Source of the DNA: Piromyces finnis finn
Taxonomy: Eukaryota; Fungi; Neocallimastigomycota
Assembly (NCBI GenBank): GCA_002104945.1
Contig: MCFH01000004.1
Span: forward strand, 496,001 to 560,000
Length of the DNA: 64,000 bases
Direction: 5' to 3'
The notes under the pieces are model-generated. The model made no database searches, had not been told where the DNA came from, and worked only from the letters and a program-made list of their open reading frames with translations. A program made the position numbers and the translations under genes. Shown here piece after piece: positions 1 through 18,600 of the stretch. Numbering within the stretch: position 1 is the first letter of the stretch; each line of letters starts with the position of its first letter.

Positions 1-705
1 TCTATAAATAAAAAAAAAAGATAACTCTTAGGATTAATAATAGTATTGATTAATATTTATTAATATAAATAAAAAAAAAAAAAAATAAAAAAATATAATC
101 AAAATTAATAATAGAAAAAAGTTAATTAAAATGTGAAAAAAAAAAAAAAATCAATGGCTATTGATGTATATTTTTAAACCTTTTTTTTTTTAAATTAGTT
201 TTACTTATTTAATAAAAAAAAATTTATTTATATTTATTTTATATTATTTAATATTGACATTTTATTAATAGAATGAATGTTTTTTTTTTTTTTTTTCCTA
301 TTAAAAAAAGTTTTAATTTTTTTTTTTTTTTTTGAATAAATACCAGTAAAATTTACTTTTAAAAAAATTTTTTTTTTGTTTCTTTTATTTTAACAAATTA
401 AAAAAAAAACAAAATCAACCTTTTTTTTTTTTAGAATTAAAAAAAGAAATCAATTTCTTTTCTTAAAAAAAAGAAAATCTTAAATAAATAGAAAAAAAAA
501 AATAAAAAAAAACTAATTTAATAATAATAAAATATTATTAAAAAATAATAAAAAAATAAAAAATTAAAAACTATTTTCTAATAATTATTAAAGAAATATT
601 TTTTTATTATTTTTTAATAATAAAAAGTTTATAAATTTCTATCAAAACAAACAAACAAAAAAACTATCTTTTTTTTTAAACCTTTTAAATATAATAAAAT
701 AAAAA

Positions 706-1142
706 ATGGAATCTACTCCAAAAGCTAAAAAGGCTAATAGATGTGCTTTTGAAGGCTGTAATGCCCGTGTTGTAAAAATTATTGGTGACTGTAGATACTG
801 TCAACAAAAGTTTTGTGGTAACTATCAATAAAATATTTTTTTTTTCCATAGCAATAGGCCTCTTTTCCTATCAATAGCTTTGGAATTAAAAAAAAGAGGC
901 CTAGTGTTTTTTATATATTTATTTTAATTGAAAAAAAAAAAACATTGATGGATAATAAATTTCTTAATACTATAAAAAATATTAAAAATAAATATTTTTT
1001 TTTTCTTCCCTATAATTCAATAGGTACTCACAGATTACCAGAAACTCATATTTGTCCAAATTTAGCTACTTGTAAACAAGCTTCATTTGAAAAGAATTCA
1101 AATAAGTTATTAAACGAAAAGTGTGTTAAATTGAAGGTTTAA
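706..1142 (+). CDS. Small AN1-type zinc finger protein (Cuz1/Tmc1/ZFAND-like), 76 aa, 2 exons (706-817, 1024-1142)
   Basis: Spliced translation MESTPKAKKANRCAFEGCNARVVKIIGDCRYCQQKFCG|THRLPETHICPNLATCKQASFEKNSNKLLNEKCVKLKV matches the AN1 ligand pattern C-x4-C-x9-12-C-x2-C-x4-C-x2-H-x5-H-x-C. GT-AG intron 818-1023. The ORF track (945..1142) catches only exon 2. Confidence 0.9.
855..903 (+). other. Perfect 12-bp inverted repeat (hairpin) inside the AN1 gene intron
   Basis: TAGGCCTCTTTT (855-866) and AAAAGAGGCCTA (892-903) are exact reverse complements; 25-nt loop. Confidence 0.8.
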
Positions 1143-2245
1143 ATATATCCCAAACCAATCTATAACCTTTGAAAACATAAACTTTTCCCTAATAACTATA
1201 TATCAAAAAAAAAAAAAAAAAAAGCCTTTTCAAAAAGTTATAACAAAAAAAAAAAAAAAAAAAACCCTAAAATCTAAATATATTTTAAACCATAGTTTTA
1301 TATAAATAAATCCAAAAAAATTATTGTATAAAATTTAAAAAAAAAAAAAATAAAAAAATAAAAAAGATTTTTTTATTTATTTTTATTATTTTTTGGGTAT
1401 AAAGTATTATTTATTTAAAATAATAATAAATAATTATAATGAAGAGAAAGAGTATCTATCTATCTATATTTTATATGTTTTTTTTTTTATAGACAAACAA
1501 AAAGTCAAATGTAGGTTTATCGTTTTGTGTAGTAATGTTTGTTTTGAAAAAAAGTGTATTTTTATTGTAGATAGGGTTCACTGATAGTAGAGAAAGTCAA
1601 GGAAAAAAAAAAAAAAAAAAAAAACAGCCTGAATAAAAAAGAATATTTTTAAAAAAAAAAACTAATTAGTAATGATTTTTTTTTTTTTTGAATGGAACAT
1701 TGAATTCCACCACCTCCACTTTACCACTTTTTCTGTGTAACATTTTTAAATTTTGTTGTAATGTACTTGCATTTTGTAATACAATTAAAAAAAAAAAAAC
1801 TTGCAAAGAACAACTAGTATCCCTTTTAAACTTTTATTTCTGTTGATGTGCCAATTTTATATCCATAACAAATAATAATAACAACAAGATAGTTGATAGA
1901 CAATGAATGTTTTTATTTTTTTTTTATTTTTTAATTTTATTATTTATAGTTTTAAAAATAATTATTTTTTTTTTTTTTACAATATTTTAAATAAAAAAAA
2001 TTTTCAAATTTCTAGGTTTTTTTTTTTTTTTTTTTTCCTTCTTTTTTCGTTGCTTTTATTTTAATAATAAATTATAGATAAAAAGGATTATTACTATATG
2101 TATATATATACGAGTGTTTTTTTTTTTTTTTGGCTTATATTTATTATTTGCATTTTTATAGAGTAGAATTAATATTATTATTTTTTTTTTTTAAAAAAAA
2201 GAGGTCAATAAAAAAAGAAAAAAGAAAAAAAAAAATTTAAAACTT

Positions 2246-3686
2246 TTAATTTGATTTGGTATCTTTTTCTTTTTTTGCTGATTTATTCTTTCTTTCGCTA
2301 GAACGCTTATCAGCCTTTTGACGAAGAACTAAATGTCCTAATATAGAAGTGTAAATACTAGCAATACCTAAAGCACCCAAGGTTTGGAAAAGATTAAGCT
2401 TTATAAAGAATAAAACTAAAATTGTAATGATAGAACAAAGACTGAGAATGAATAATACACCGTAAATTAAAGTCTTGTTGTTGTAGAATAATCCATTAAT
2501 ATTAATGCCAATCTTACTCCACTTTTTTTTTAAAAAAAATTGGAGATTCAAAATGAAATAAAATATTATATTATATAATAATAATAATAAATAATAATAA
2601 TAATTATAAAAATTAATAAATAAATTAAAATAGTTTTTTTTTTTTTTTAATATTAAATTTATAGTTACAGTGAAAATTAAGAAAGCCCATGGAACAAGCA
2701 TTAAAACAAAAACAAATTTAGCAAAAAGTTTACTTTTTTGTTTTGGTTCTGGTTTGAAAATATGTGGTTGATCTGGTTTTGGATAAAAGTTTGGACCTTC
2801 AGATTCTAAAAGAGTTGGTGCCTTGTTTGGATCAACCTTCTTTTCAGCTACTGTATATTTAACATCAACATTTCCAAAAGTGTATTCTAATGGAATATAA
2901 TCGTTAGAGGGTGAAGAGAAACGAGCAATTAATGAATATTCATTATTGTCAAGGGTTAAATCCTTTAAACTCTGCCATTATTCATATACATATATATATA
3001 TATATATAAAAGGAAAATGAACGTTAATATGACAATATCTATATTATTAGTAGAGATATCTATTGATTCATGAATTCATTTAGTTTGCCTAAATACATCT
3101 ATTATTGTAATACTATTTATTTTTTTAACCATGGTTTTTTTTTTTTTACATATGAAATTATGAAATTGTTCTATTTACAATTCTGTATTTTCCATCATTT
3201 AAAGCTTCTAAAACAAAAGAATTTTGTGATTTTTCATTTGATAAATAGACCATAGCTTGTTCAATATTAGAAATGGTCTTTTCAGAATTATCTTTTTCTA
3301 CAAGTTTTAATGTAATTTCTAAATTATCCATATTTGAAAAAGTGAATTTTTCCATAACTTCTGGATAAGTTAATCTACCAATGAATATACACCAAGAGTT
3401 TGATATTATTTATAGGATAATAATAATATTTAGGTTAAAAAAAAAAAAAAGTTATTTTTGATTAAAAAAAGTCTTTCTTTATTCTTGATATATATAAATA
3501 TTTTTTTTATTTTTATAATAGTTTTTTTTTTTTTTTTTTTTTTAAAAAATTCCTGTTTTACCTTTTAGCAACATTATTTTCTCCATGAAGTTTAACCTTG
3601 AAAAAATCAAATGCTAATTCTTTTTGACATAAAACGTTTTGTAATAATAATAATACTGCGAAAGTTATAAATGCAAATTGTTTCAT
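2246..3686 (-). CDS. SWP1: Oligosaccharyltransferase subunit ribophorin II / Swp1, ~300 aa, 4 exons (approx. 3686-3562, 3374-3170, 2971-2669, 2521-2246)
   Basis: Signal peptide MKQFAFITFAVLLLLQNVLC; luminal segment ending FYPKPDQPHIFKPEPK; three C-terminal TM helices with LMLVPWAFLIFT|WSKIGINI and LNLFQTLGALG...GHLVLRQKA, typical of the RPN2/Swp1 C-terminus. Splice phases are consistent. Confidence 0.82.
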
Positions 3687-4612
3687 TTTGTCTGTATATA
3701 TATTATATATAAAATTATTTCTATTTCTTATGATTTGTTTATTTTTTCTTGTATTATTTATTTGTTTTTATATTTACTTTTCTTATCTACTATAAAGAAT
3801 TAATGTTGGTTTTATTTTATGACAAAATAACAACAACAACAACAATAATAATAATAAAATATAGATATAGGAAAATGGGTTAATTGAATGAACTGTTATT
3901 TTTATAAATATAAATAAAACTATATAACAAAATAAAAGAATACTATTATATCCATTGATAATAAAAATTATTACGAGTTTATCACTTTATAACGATCATG
4001 ACTAATATTCATTCATTTTAATGATCTTTTTAATAAACTTTTTTTTTTTTTTAAATTGAAATTTAAATAGTATTTATATTATATTATATTATTTATTAAA
4101 CCATTTTATCAAACAAAAATGGTTCATTCATTTAAATGTTTTTTTTTTTTAAACTTACTTTTTTTTATTTTATTTACTTTTTTTTTTTTTTTTTTTTTTT
4201 TCACAGTAAATAGTTCTATTAAATGGTTGATTTTTTAATTTTTTTAATTAATTAATTTTTGATTTTTAGTTTTTTGCTCTTTTTTCTTTTTTTATTTTTT
4301 TTATTTTTTTAATTGTTTCTTTTCTTCTTTTTTCTTAAATATAAATAAAAAAAAACTTTTTTTTTTTTTGGTTTTTACCAAATTTAATTTCTTTTAAAAA
4401 GTCAAATTTAAATAGGAAAAAAATAAAAAAAAAAAAAAAATTAATTATTTTTTTCTTTATTAAAAAATGGATGATAATCCAAATAAAAATTAAACTTTTT
4501 CCAATCACTAAATTAAAAAAAAGATGGATGATTTTTTAATTAAAAAAAAAAAAATAATTTATTTGTAAATGAAATGAAACCAAAAAAAAAAAAAACAATT
4601 TTGACAAGTAAT

Positions 4613-4648
<36 letters not shown>
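4613..4648. repeat. (CAA)n microsatellite
   Basis: Direct reading of the sequence. Confidence 0.9.
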
Positions 4649-4649
<1 letters not shown>

Positions 4650-4852
4650 GTTATAACAAGTAACAATCTTGACAATAATTGTTATAATAACTTGTTATTT
4701 GTAATAATCATCATGTTTTATAATTATTTTAATATGGTATGACATGTGGATATAGATTTAAAAATTGGATTCCCTTTTTTTATAATAATAAAAAAGTTTT
4801 AATTTTTATATCTATTTTTATATTTTCTTTTTTTTTTTTTTTTTTTTTTTTT

Positions 4853-4944
4853 CCTTTTCCCTTTACATTTTTATTTGTCATTCTTTTTTTTTTTTTTTTC
4901 CTTTTCCCTTTACATTTTTATTTGTCATTCTTTTTTTTTTTTTT
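4853..4944. repeat. Tandem duplication, ~47-bp unit x2 (pyrimidine-rich)
   Basis: CCTTTTCCCTTTACATTTTTATTTGTCATTC(T)n starts at 4853 and again at 4900. Confidence 0.85.
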
Positions 4945-5093
4945 ATTGTAATGGTTATTTTTTTTTTTTTAATGAGAAGGTAGGTGAGATACATAAAATC
5001 GAATAAGATATATATATATATATATATTATTTGAAAAAATAAATATTAAATAATATATGAATTATTGAATGATATGTAGGAGGATTAAAATGT

Positions 5094-6681
<1,588 letters not shown>

Positions 6682-7784
6682 TTTAAGTATTAAAAAGTTA
6701 ATAGATGTTGATATTCATTTATATATAAATTGTTTTGAATAATTTATTATTTATATATTGAAATAAATATGAAATATTCGAAGAAAATAAATATAAATTA
6801 GACATTTTAATGTTAATTTTTTTTTTTTTGACATTTGAAATGAAAACTTATTTCTTGAAAAATTATAATAGAATAGAATAGTATATATTAAAAGTGTCAT
6901 ACTTTGCATTTCAGACATTTTGTAATTATTATATTGAAAAAAAAAAAAAAACGATTCGAATATATAATATTTTTATTTTTATTATTATTTTTTTTTTTAA
7001 ATCTTTATTCCTTTACTTTATCCCGTTCTATTTGTTTTTTTTTTTTTTTTTTTTTTTTTGTTTTTTTCCCTTTTAAAATGGTTTTCTATTTCTATTTCTA
7101 TTTTTTTATTTTTTATTTTTTATTTTATTTTTTTTTAAATAATATATTTATATAAGAAAAAAAAAAAAAACTTTTTATTTTTTATTTAATAAAAATAAAA
7201 AAAAAGCTTTTTGACTTTATGAAATTTAATTTTAAAAAAAAAAAATTAATTTTTATTATTTAAAATTTTATTTTATTTTTTGGTAAAAAATAAAAAAAAA
7301 AAAAAAAAAACACTTTTAATATTTATTTTTTATTTTTTATTTTTTTTTTACTTTTTATTTTTGTGCTATTAAAATGGATTTTAAAGACTTTCAACTTTTT
7401 TTTTTTTTTTTTGAAAAGGTAGAAAGAAAGAAAAGATTAAAAAAAAAAAAAAAGTTTAAAAGTTTTAAAATTTTAAAATAAAAAATTAATTAAAAAAAAA
7501 TTTTTTTTTTTCTTTTTTTTTTTATTTTTTTTTTTTTAAAAAATAATAACAAGAAATCTATTAAAAAAAAAAAAAAAACAACCAAAAAGCAAACTTACTT
7601 CGCAATGAAAAAAATGTTAAATTTAATATAAAGAAACTTATTTCGTATTATTCAACTTTATCTTTTTTACATTTAAATAAAATTATTAAAGTCTTTACAA
7701 TTTTCATTTTAAATAGCTCAACTTTCTAATGCACAATTTAATTGTAAGTTTAACTTTTTTTTTTTTAAATTTATATCAAAAATA

Positions 7785-7824
<40 letters not shown>

Positions 7825-7988
7825 TAGAAATATAAGAACATTATATAATTAAGAGTTTATTAAAAAATCAGCTGAAATTGTGTGTGTTTTTATTTTTAAA
7901 AAAACAAACAAACAAATGTAAACAAATTTAATTTTATCATATTATATATATTAATTTCTTTCATTCAAAATTTTATTATAATAATTAG

Positions 7989-11647
<3,659 letters not shown>

Positions 11648-11836
11648 AAAATATATAAAGAAAGAAAGAAAGATAATATATGTATTTATTTATTTGTAAT
11701 AAGAAAAAAAAAAAAAAACTAGACATATTTAGCGTTTTTTTTTTTTTTTTCATTATATCTATTAATTTTTATTGATTTTATTAATTTTTTTTTTTATATA
11801 TATATCTATTGAATGATGGATTTCTTTATGATCATG

Positions 11837-11875
<39 letters not shown>

Positions 11876-12953
11876 TTGTGGTGGTGTATCTATAATTCAT
11901 TTTGTAGAAAAGATTTTAATTGTATAATTCTTTTTTTTTTTTTATTATGTTAACGATAAAAGTTTTTTTTTTTAAATGAAAAAAAAAAAAAAAGATTTAT
12001 TTATATATTTTATAAAATATAAAAATAAATAAAATGGTAATAAAATTGAAATGAGATTAAACTTTAAAAAACTCTTTGAAAATTGTCATGATGATATTAA
12101 TAATAATTGTTAAAAAATATATAATATAAAATATATAATATATAATTTTAGAGTAAACTTTTTTTATCTATTTAGACTAAAATGTAGGTGTGTGTTTTTT
12201 AAGAATATATAAAATAGTTAAATAGAAATGATTCAATAAATAAAATAAAATAAAATTACTTTTTTTATTTTAATTAGAATCCTTTTTTTAAAAAAAATTT
12301 AAAAAAAATAAATCATTTATTTTAGTAATTATAAGGATGATAACACATCTATGATAATACAATGATAATTATTATTATTATTTCGTTTTTAAAGATTTAT
12401 TTTTTATTTATTTTTTTTTTTTTTTTTTTTGCTTTATTTCTTTACTATTTTCTTTAATATACTTTTCTTTTTCTATTTTCTTTTTACGCTCTCGTTTTTT
12501 CTTTTTCTTTTTTTTAAAAAAAAATAATACTATTTTAATTGTGGATTATTTTTTTTTCCCTTTTAAATTTTATATTATTAATTATTTTAATTTTAATTTT
12601 ACTAATTATTAATATAAAATTGATACTATTTTATAAAATTAATATTATTTTTCCGTTGGTTATTTTTAATTTTTTTTTTTTTTTTTTTTAATTCATAAAG
12701 GAATATAAAATTTTAATAGAATTGAAAAAAAGTTTTTCCCAAATTTATACTCAATAATTTTAAAATTTTATATTTAAAAATCGAGAGGTCGTAGGAAAGA
12801 ATATATAATTATACGATATATACGTTGATACTATATATCGAGTTTAATATATTAAAAAAGAAAATAAATATTAAGATATTTTGGTTTTTTTTTTTTTTTT
12901 TTTTTTACGATTCATTTTCCTTTAACGATTTTATATATATATTATTTTTTGGC

Positions 12954-15385
12954 TTAAATCATTGGATTTGAAGGAATTGAAGCAGCGTCAGATAAGGTTA
13001 AAGGTGATTGGGTAATCATTTGTGGATTGGATGGTTGACGGTGAGCTTGAGGAAGCATAAGTGGACTTGTTGAACTAATAGACATTCTTTTATTTTGATG
13101 TTGTGCTGCTGCTGCATGAATTGGTGTGTGTATTTGAACTGATGTTTGTAATGGAGTTTGAGAATGTTTTGTTCCGATTACTCTAGGACTGGCGGTATGA
13201 CTAAGATTATTTCTACTAGATATCACTGAAGGTCTAGATGGTTGTTGAACATAATTTGGAACCTGCATATTTTGATTTCTTATGACAGATGGTGAAGGTT
13301 GAACGGATGGTTGATTTGGTTGATAGGCATATGAATTTGGGGTTTGTACTACCTGAGAATTAACACCATAAATAGGTTGAATTCCTACAATAGATGCTGG
13401 GGATTGGGGTATATTTGGAGATCGTGAAATTGGTGCCTTTCCTTCTGGTAATGGTTGTATTCTATGAGCAGAAGCTGTGGTTGCTCTTACCAATACATTA
13501 ATCCATGTCATCATAATTAAATGGTTATCTGCTGAAAAATAGGTAACTTGTTGATTTGCGGAATCAATTAAATTAAATGTATATTTAGTTTTTCCTTTAT
13601 GAATATCAGGTTGAATGGAAAAGGTGATGTTTAATTGAATGGTATGCTTAATATTTACTGGATGCTATATACATATAAAAAGGATAAAATTTATAAAACA
13701 TTATTATTGACATTTCTTTTTTTTTGGAAAAGTTTATTTTTTTATTCATAAAATTATGAATTACCTTGGGTTCTTTTAAAAAGTAAACTTTTTCTCTAGA
13801 TAAAATAATCCATCTTTTCTTCCATTTAGAATTTTTATTAAATCTAGTCCAAAGCCAGCCTTGATAATCTGCTTGTTGAAACATGGGTTCAAATACAAAA
13901 TTATTCTTTTTACTTGGTCTGGATATAGATAATCTTCTAAAGAAACTAGATATAGAACTAATAGAAGATTTTGATGATTGACTTGGTGGCTTATTATCTC
14001 TATAGACGGATTGATAGTAATTGAAATTGGTATTAGTAAGTTGTATACTTTCTCTTGATACCATGTTGTTTAAATGTGGACGTACAACGGTTGGACCATA
14101 AATTTGACGAGCGTTATTTCTTGCATCAATAAATTCATTTCCTCTTCTACTTTTATTCACGCTACTGCCATTACTACTTACAGACATTCCATCACCAATC
14201 ATTGAATCACTTTCTTCATCAATAACGTATTTATCATTGTATACTTTATGTTGCCATAGTTGGCTATTATCATTTACCATACTACTATTATTTTGAATCA
14301 TACTAGCGTTTATTTCATTTTCTTTTTCAGCATGTTCTTTTATGGAAACGATAGAGTTGTAAAGCTTTAATCTTTCCTTCAAATTACTAATGCCTAATTC
14401 ACGAAAGGTGGACAATGTTTGATCCAACAATTTTGAACCATTTATATTATTTTCCCTAAACATTTGACTGTAAGAACCAAAACCGATTTCTTCTAAAAAT
14501 TCTACTACTTGATCAACAGTCCAATAAGTTGGGTGAACATTATGAAAATCTTTTTGACTTAATGTTGCCGGATTACCAAGAGAAAGCTTTGGAGGTTTTT
14601 GTACAGAATATTGTAAAACCTGAGGACTTGATGTACTTCCTGTTCCGCTAGCACTACTAAAACTGACCCTTCTAGAATTACTAAATGCTGGTGAATTTGG
14701 AGTTTTATTTTGATCACGATCAATATAATTCATAACAGGAGTATGAAATTCTGATACAGAGGTTTGTGGTGAATTATTCATATTCTGGAGATTATTATTT
14801 GATGAAATGTTTGTTTCTCTTTTACCGTTTTCTGGGTTATTTAATTCATCAAATAATCCATCAATATTTATCTGTTTTACATTAATAAAGGTTGTGAATT
14901 CAACTGGGAATAAACCAATCATTTTATCAACCGTCTTACCCTAATATATATAAAATATAACATGTCATAAATTTTTTATTAATACTCATTATAACTATTT
15001 ATTTTAGTAACATCATAAATTTTTTATTAATACTCATTATAACTATTTATTTTAGTAACATAAAAATAAAATATATAGCTATGCTTTTTTGTACCTTCCA
15101 CCATCCATCTTTATGTTCATCATCTTTTTCTAATACAAGAATTGGATCACCGCGTTTAAATGTAATTTCATCATACTCTTCCTATATTTCATAATAAAAA
15201 AGAGTTAATTGTCTTTTCCAATTTTTAATTTTATATATATATTTATTAATGTATTATTCATTAATATTTACCGCTGTAAAGTCGTATTTTCCAAATACTA
15301 CAAATTGAACAAAATTTGAGTTTGATTCTATATTTTGATTTTGATTTAGTTTTTCAAGTTTGTTTTTATTATTATTTCCTAACAT
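12954..15385 (-). CDS. SH3-SAM-PH polarity scaffold (Boi1/Boi2/Pob1-like); exons 15385-15272, 15181-15095, 14940-13765, 13646-12954
   Basis: SH3: GKYDFTA|EEYDEITFKRGDPILVLEKDDEHKDGWWK|GKTVDKMIGLFPVEFT. SAM: WTVDQVVEFLEEIGFGSYSQMFRENNINGSKLL. PH: YQGWLWTRFNKNSKWKKRWIILSREKVYFLKEPK|...YFSADNHLIMMTWINVLVRA. This domain order is the Boi/Pob1 architecture. Confidence 0.85.
14965..15060. repeat. Intronic tandem duplication, 48-bp unit x2 (Boi-like gene intron)
   Basis: TCATAAATTTTTTATTAATACTCATTATAACTATTTATTTTAGTAACA at 14965 and 15013. Confidence 0.9.
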
Positions 15386-16957
15386 GTTGTAATTTATTGT
15401 ATCTTTTTGAAGTTATATATTCAATGAATCTTTTAATTTTTTTTTTTTTTCTTTTTCTAATTTTATTAATATTTTTCAAGTCTTTTTTTTTATAAATAAA
15501 TAATTATTATTTATCTAGTATTTATTTATAGTATAGAAAGAATAAATAGTTTTAAAAAATAATATTTATTTTTTTCAAAAAGATAATACTAGCTATTAAT
15601 ATTTGTTTTTGTTTTGCTTTGTTTTGCTTTGCTTTATATTATATTATTATTACTGTTGTTGTAATTGTTGCTGTTTAACTACTTGTTATTTTATATTTTG
15701 TTTTGTTTTTTCTTTTTATTGTGTTTTTTTTTTTAACTTTGTCTTTTTTTTTTTTTGCTTGTTATCAATAATAATTGAAATATGATAATATATGATGTTT
15801 TTTTAATATAAAATCTGTTAAATAAAATTTATAAAAATAAAGATAAATGGTATTAATAAATGATTTTAATAAGGATATATTGAAAAGAAATAAAAATGAT
15901 ATTAATAGAAAATCTCTATATAAATATATTTTTATTAATATTAATCTTTTTATAATTTAATTTTCTTTAGAAATTTTTATTTCAATTGATGATGATAACT
16001 ATTCTAATGTTTAAATATTATAATTAAATAATATTTTTCATGGCCTGTTAATTCTTTTTTTTTTTTAAAGAGAAAAAAAAAATATTTTTTTTTTTTAAAA
16101 TAAAATATATATTTTTTTTGTACTTTATTATCTACTACGCCTCAATATTTATTCCTATGCATAAATATATTAAATATTTATATAATAAATGCTGACTTTT
16201 TAAAATAAAATGTGTTAAGAATGAAGAACTTTTCTTACACATTTTCTACTTAATTTTATCGACATGTATCTTATGAAAGGTAAATGTATACCTTTTAATG
16301 AAATTTTTTTTTTTTTATTGAAAAATTATTTTCCATTGGAAAAGTTGAATTTGAATGCTAAAAAAAAGGGAACAATAGTGATAATACTTTTTTTCTTTCT
16401 TTCTTTCTTTCTTTCTTTACTACTGTATTTTCTCTTTTTTTGCTTTGCTTTGCTTTACTTTACTTTTATTATATTTCTTTATAAAGTTGTATCTTATAAA
16501 AATTTATTTAATATAATTACCATTTGACAAAGACGACAAGATATTTCGATTAAATAAATTAAATTTTTTTTTTAAAATAAATAAAAATAAATAAATAAAT
16601 TAAAAAAATAGAATATAAATAGGTAAAAAAAAAAAAGTCTACTGCTTCAACGTATAAACTCTTCTCCTCTCTTTTTTTTTTTGGTTTTTCTTCAATGACA
16701 CGTTTTGTGTTGAAATCTACCTAGCAAACTAGTATAACTTCCATGATAACACTTGGTATAAAAAGAAGGAAAAAAAAATTTTTTTATATTTAAAAATTAA
16801 TTTATTTTAATTAAAATATATTATGATAGAATATATTGGAATATATAGAATTTTATTTATTAATAATTAATTATATATGATTAATGTTCAAAAAGAAAAA
16901 AAAAATTTTAATCTTTATCTTTTGCTATCTGAATGACTTTTTAATTAAATTACATAT

Positions 16958-17001
16958 ATTGTAAATACATTGTAAATATATTGTAAATACATTGCAACAA
17001 T
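16958..17001. repeat. 11-bp tandem repeat ATTGTAAATAY x3 plus one degenerate unit
   Basis: Units at 16958, 16969, 16980, and ATTGCAACAAT at 16991. Confidence 0.85.
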
Positions 17002-18122
17002 ATATAAAATAGTTGTTTCATTCTATAGGCTGATTTAATATAAATATTTATATACACTTAATATATTGTAATATATTAAATAATATATTTTGTTTTTTTC
17101 CATTTTGTAAAATCTTATTTTTTAAAAAAAAGAAATTTTTGTTTCTGTGAATAAAATTATTCTTTCAATATATTTACATAGTATATTAAAATATAATGAA
17201 ATATATTAGAAATATATATTGACAATATAAATAAAATAAAAAGACGGTTTGGTTCATTTGGTTCATTGCCATCTTTTCATGATTTTAAGGATTCACCACA
17301 TCACCATCCTTAGGCTATGCAATAACTATGCTATGCTGTAATGCTTTAAAAGGTCTGCTTAATTTCTAAAAAGAATTATTCAAAATGAGCTTCTGATACT
17401 TTCAAAAACAATTTCATTTTAGTCACTTTTGTTTGAAAAAAAAAATATTACCAATTGCATATTCCTACATTCTAAGACTAACAAAAAAAATTACTCTAAA
17501 AATCAATAATTCTAGAATTGAAATATTGAAATAGTACTTTTATAAAAGTTTGTTTTATATAATACTTTTATATCATTGCCATACGAAGAATGATTGTTGT
17601 TGTTGGTGGTGGTGGTGGTGGGTGGTTGGTACTTTAAACCATTCAATTTTCATTATAGTAAAAATTTTACAGAAATAAAATTTGTGGATTTTTTTAAAAA
17701 AAAATTAAATTTTAGTGTTATGAAATAATGTGATTGTCATGTGTACTACAACAATATTTATGAGACTTAAACATATTATTTATTACAAATTAAAATTACC
17801 ATCAACATTTTTTTTTTTAAAATGGACGTTTATACAAAATAATAACATTAATTCTTTTAAGAGTATTTTGAAAAACACAACAACATCATCATTACCATTC
17901 TAAATATCAAATTTTTTTTGATATGAAGTAATATATTAATCAAAATTTATATATATTTATGTTTCATATATAATTTAGTTTTTGTTTTTATTATAAAATG
18001 CTTTGTTATAAAAAAAAAATTGGTAAAACTATTGTTTCCTTGCAATATTCGTATTCTACTACTTATTGTAAATCTTTTATTTCTTCTTACAAAAAATTTA
18101 TTTATTATTCATTTATTAATAC

Positions 18123-18126
18123 ATAT

Positions 18127-18157
<31 letters not shown>

Positions 18158-18190
18158 TATATTTATTTATTTATTTATTTATTTATTTAT
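18123..18190. repeat. (ATTT)n tetranucleotide repeat
   Basis: Direct reading. Confidence 0.9.
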
Positions 18191-18600
18191 ATTCATTCAT
18201 TTATTAATACATATTAGTTTTATCTAATTGACTAATTATTTATTTATTCATTTATTTAATCATAGTCAATGTATTATACATCAAATATAATAAAATTAAT
18301 TAAAATGTTTTTTTTTTTATTATAAATCTTTTAATAATTTATTAAATTTAATTTATTAATTATATTAATTATATTAATTATTTTTAAAAAAAAATTGATT
18401 ATAAAAAATTTATATATATAAAAAGTGAAAAACCATCTTTTTTTATTTTAAAAAAAAAAAGAAAAGATATATTATTATAAATATAAAAAAAGAGTTATTA
18501 TTACAATTTTTAGTTTAAAAACTAAATTTAAAAAAAAAAAAAAAGACATATTTTAAATTATATTTAATATATCAAATCAATAAAAAAAAATAATAACAAA

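Noticed and set aside
1690-1790. Minus-strand stretch reading KCKYITTKFKNVTQKSGKVEVVEFNVPF
   Set aside because: No start codon or usable splice sites linking it to a gene; no recognisable family.
7918-7925. Forkhead site GTAAACAA near the cyclin D-box exon
   Set aside because: A single A-rich 8-mer is expected by chance in this composition, and the TSS is unknown.
17279-17398. Box C/D snoRNA call (ATGATT...CTGA) guiding LSU rRNA AAGCTCAAATTTG
   Set aside because: Degenerate C box and only about 7 nt of contiguous complementarity by eye; kept only as an unexplained island.
17605-17629. GGTGG runs as an Rpn4/PACE element for the proteasome gene USP14
   Set aside because: Not the GGTGGCAAA consensus; consistent with a simple (GGT)n repeat.
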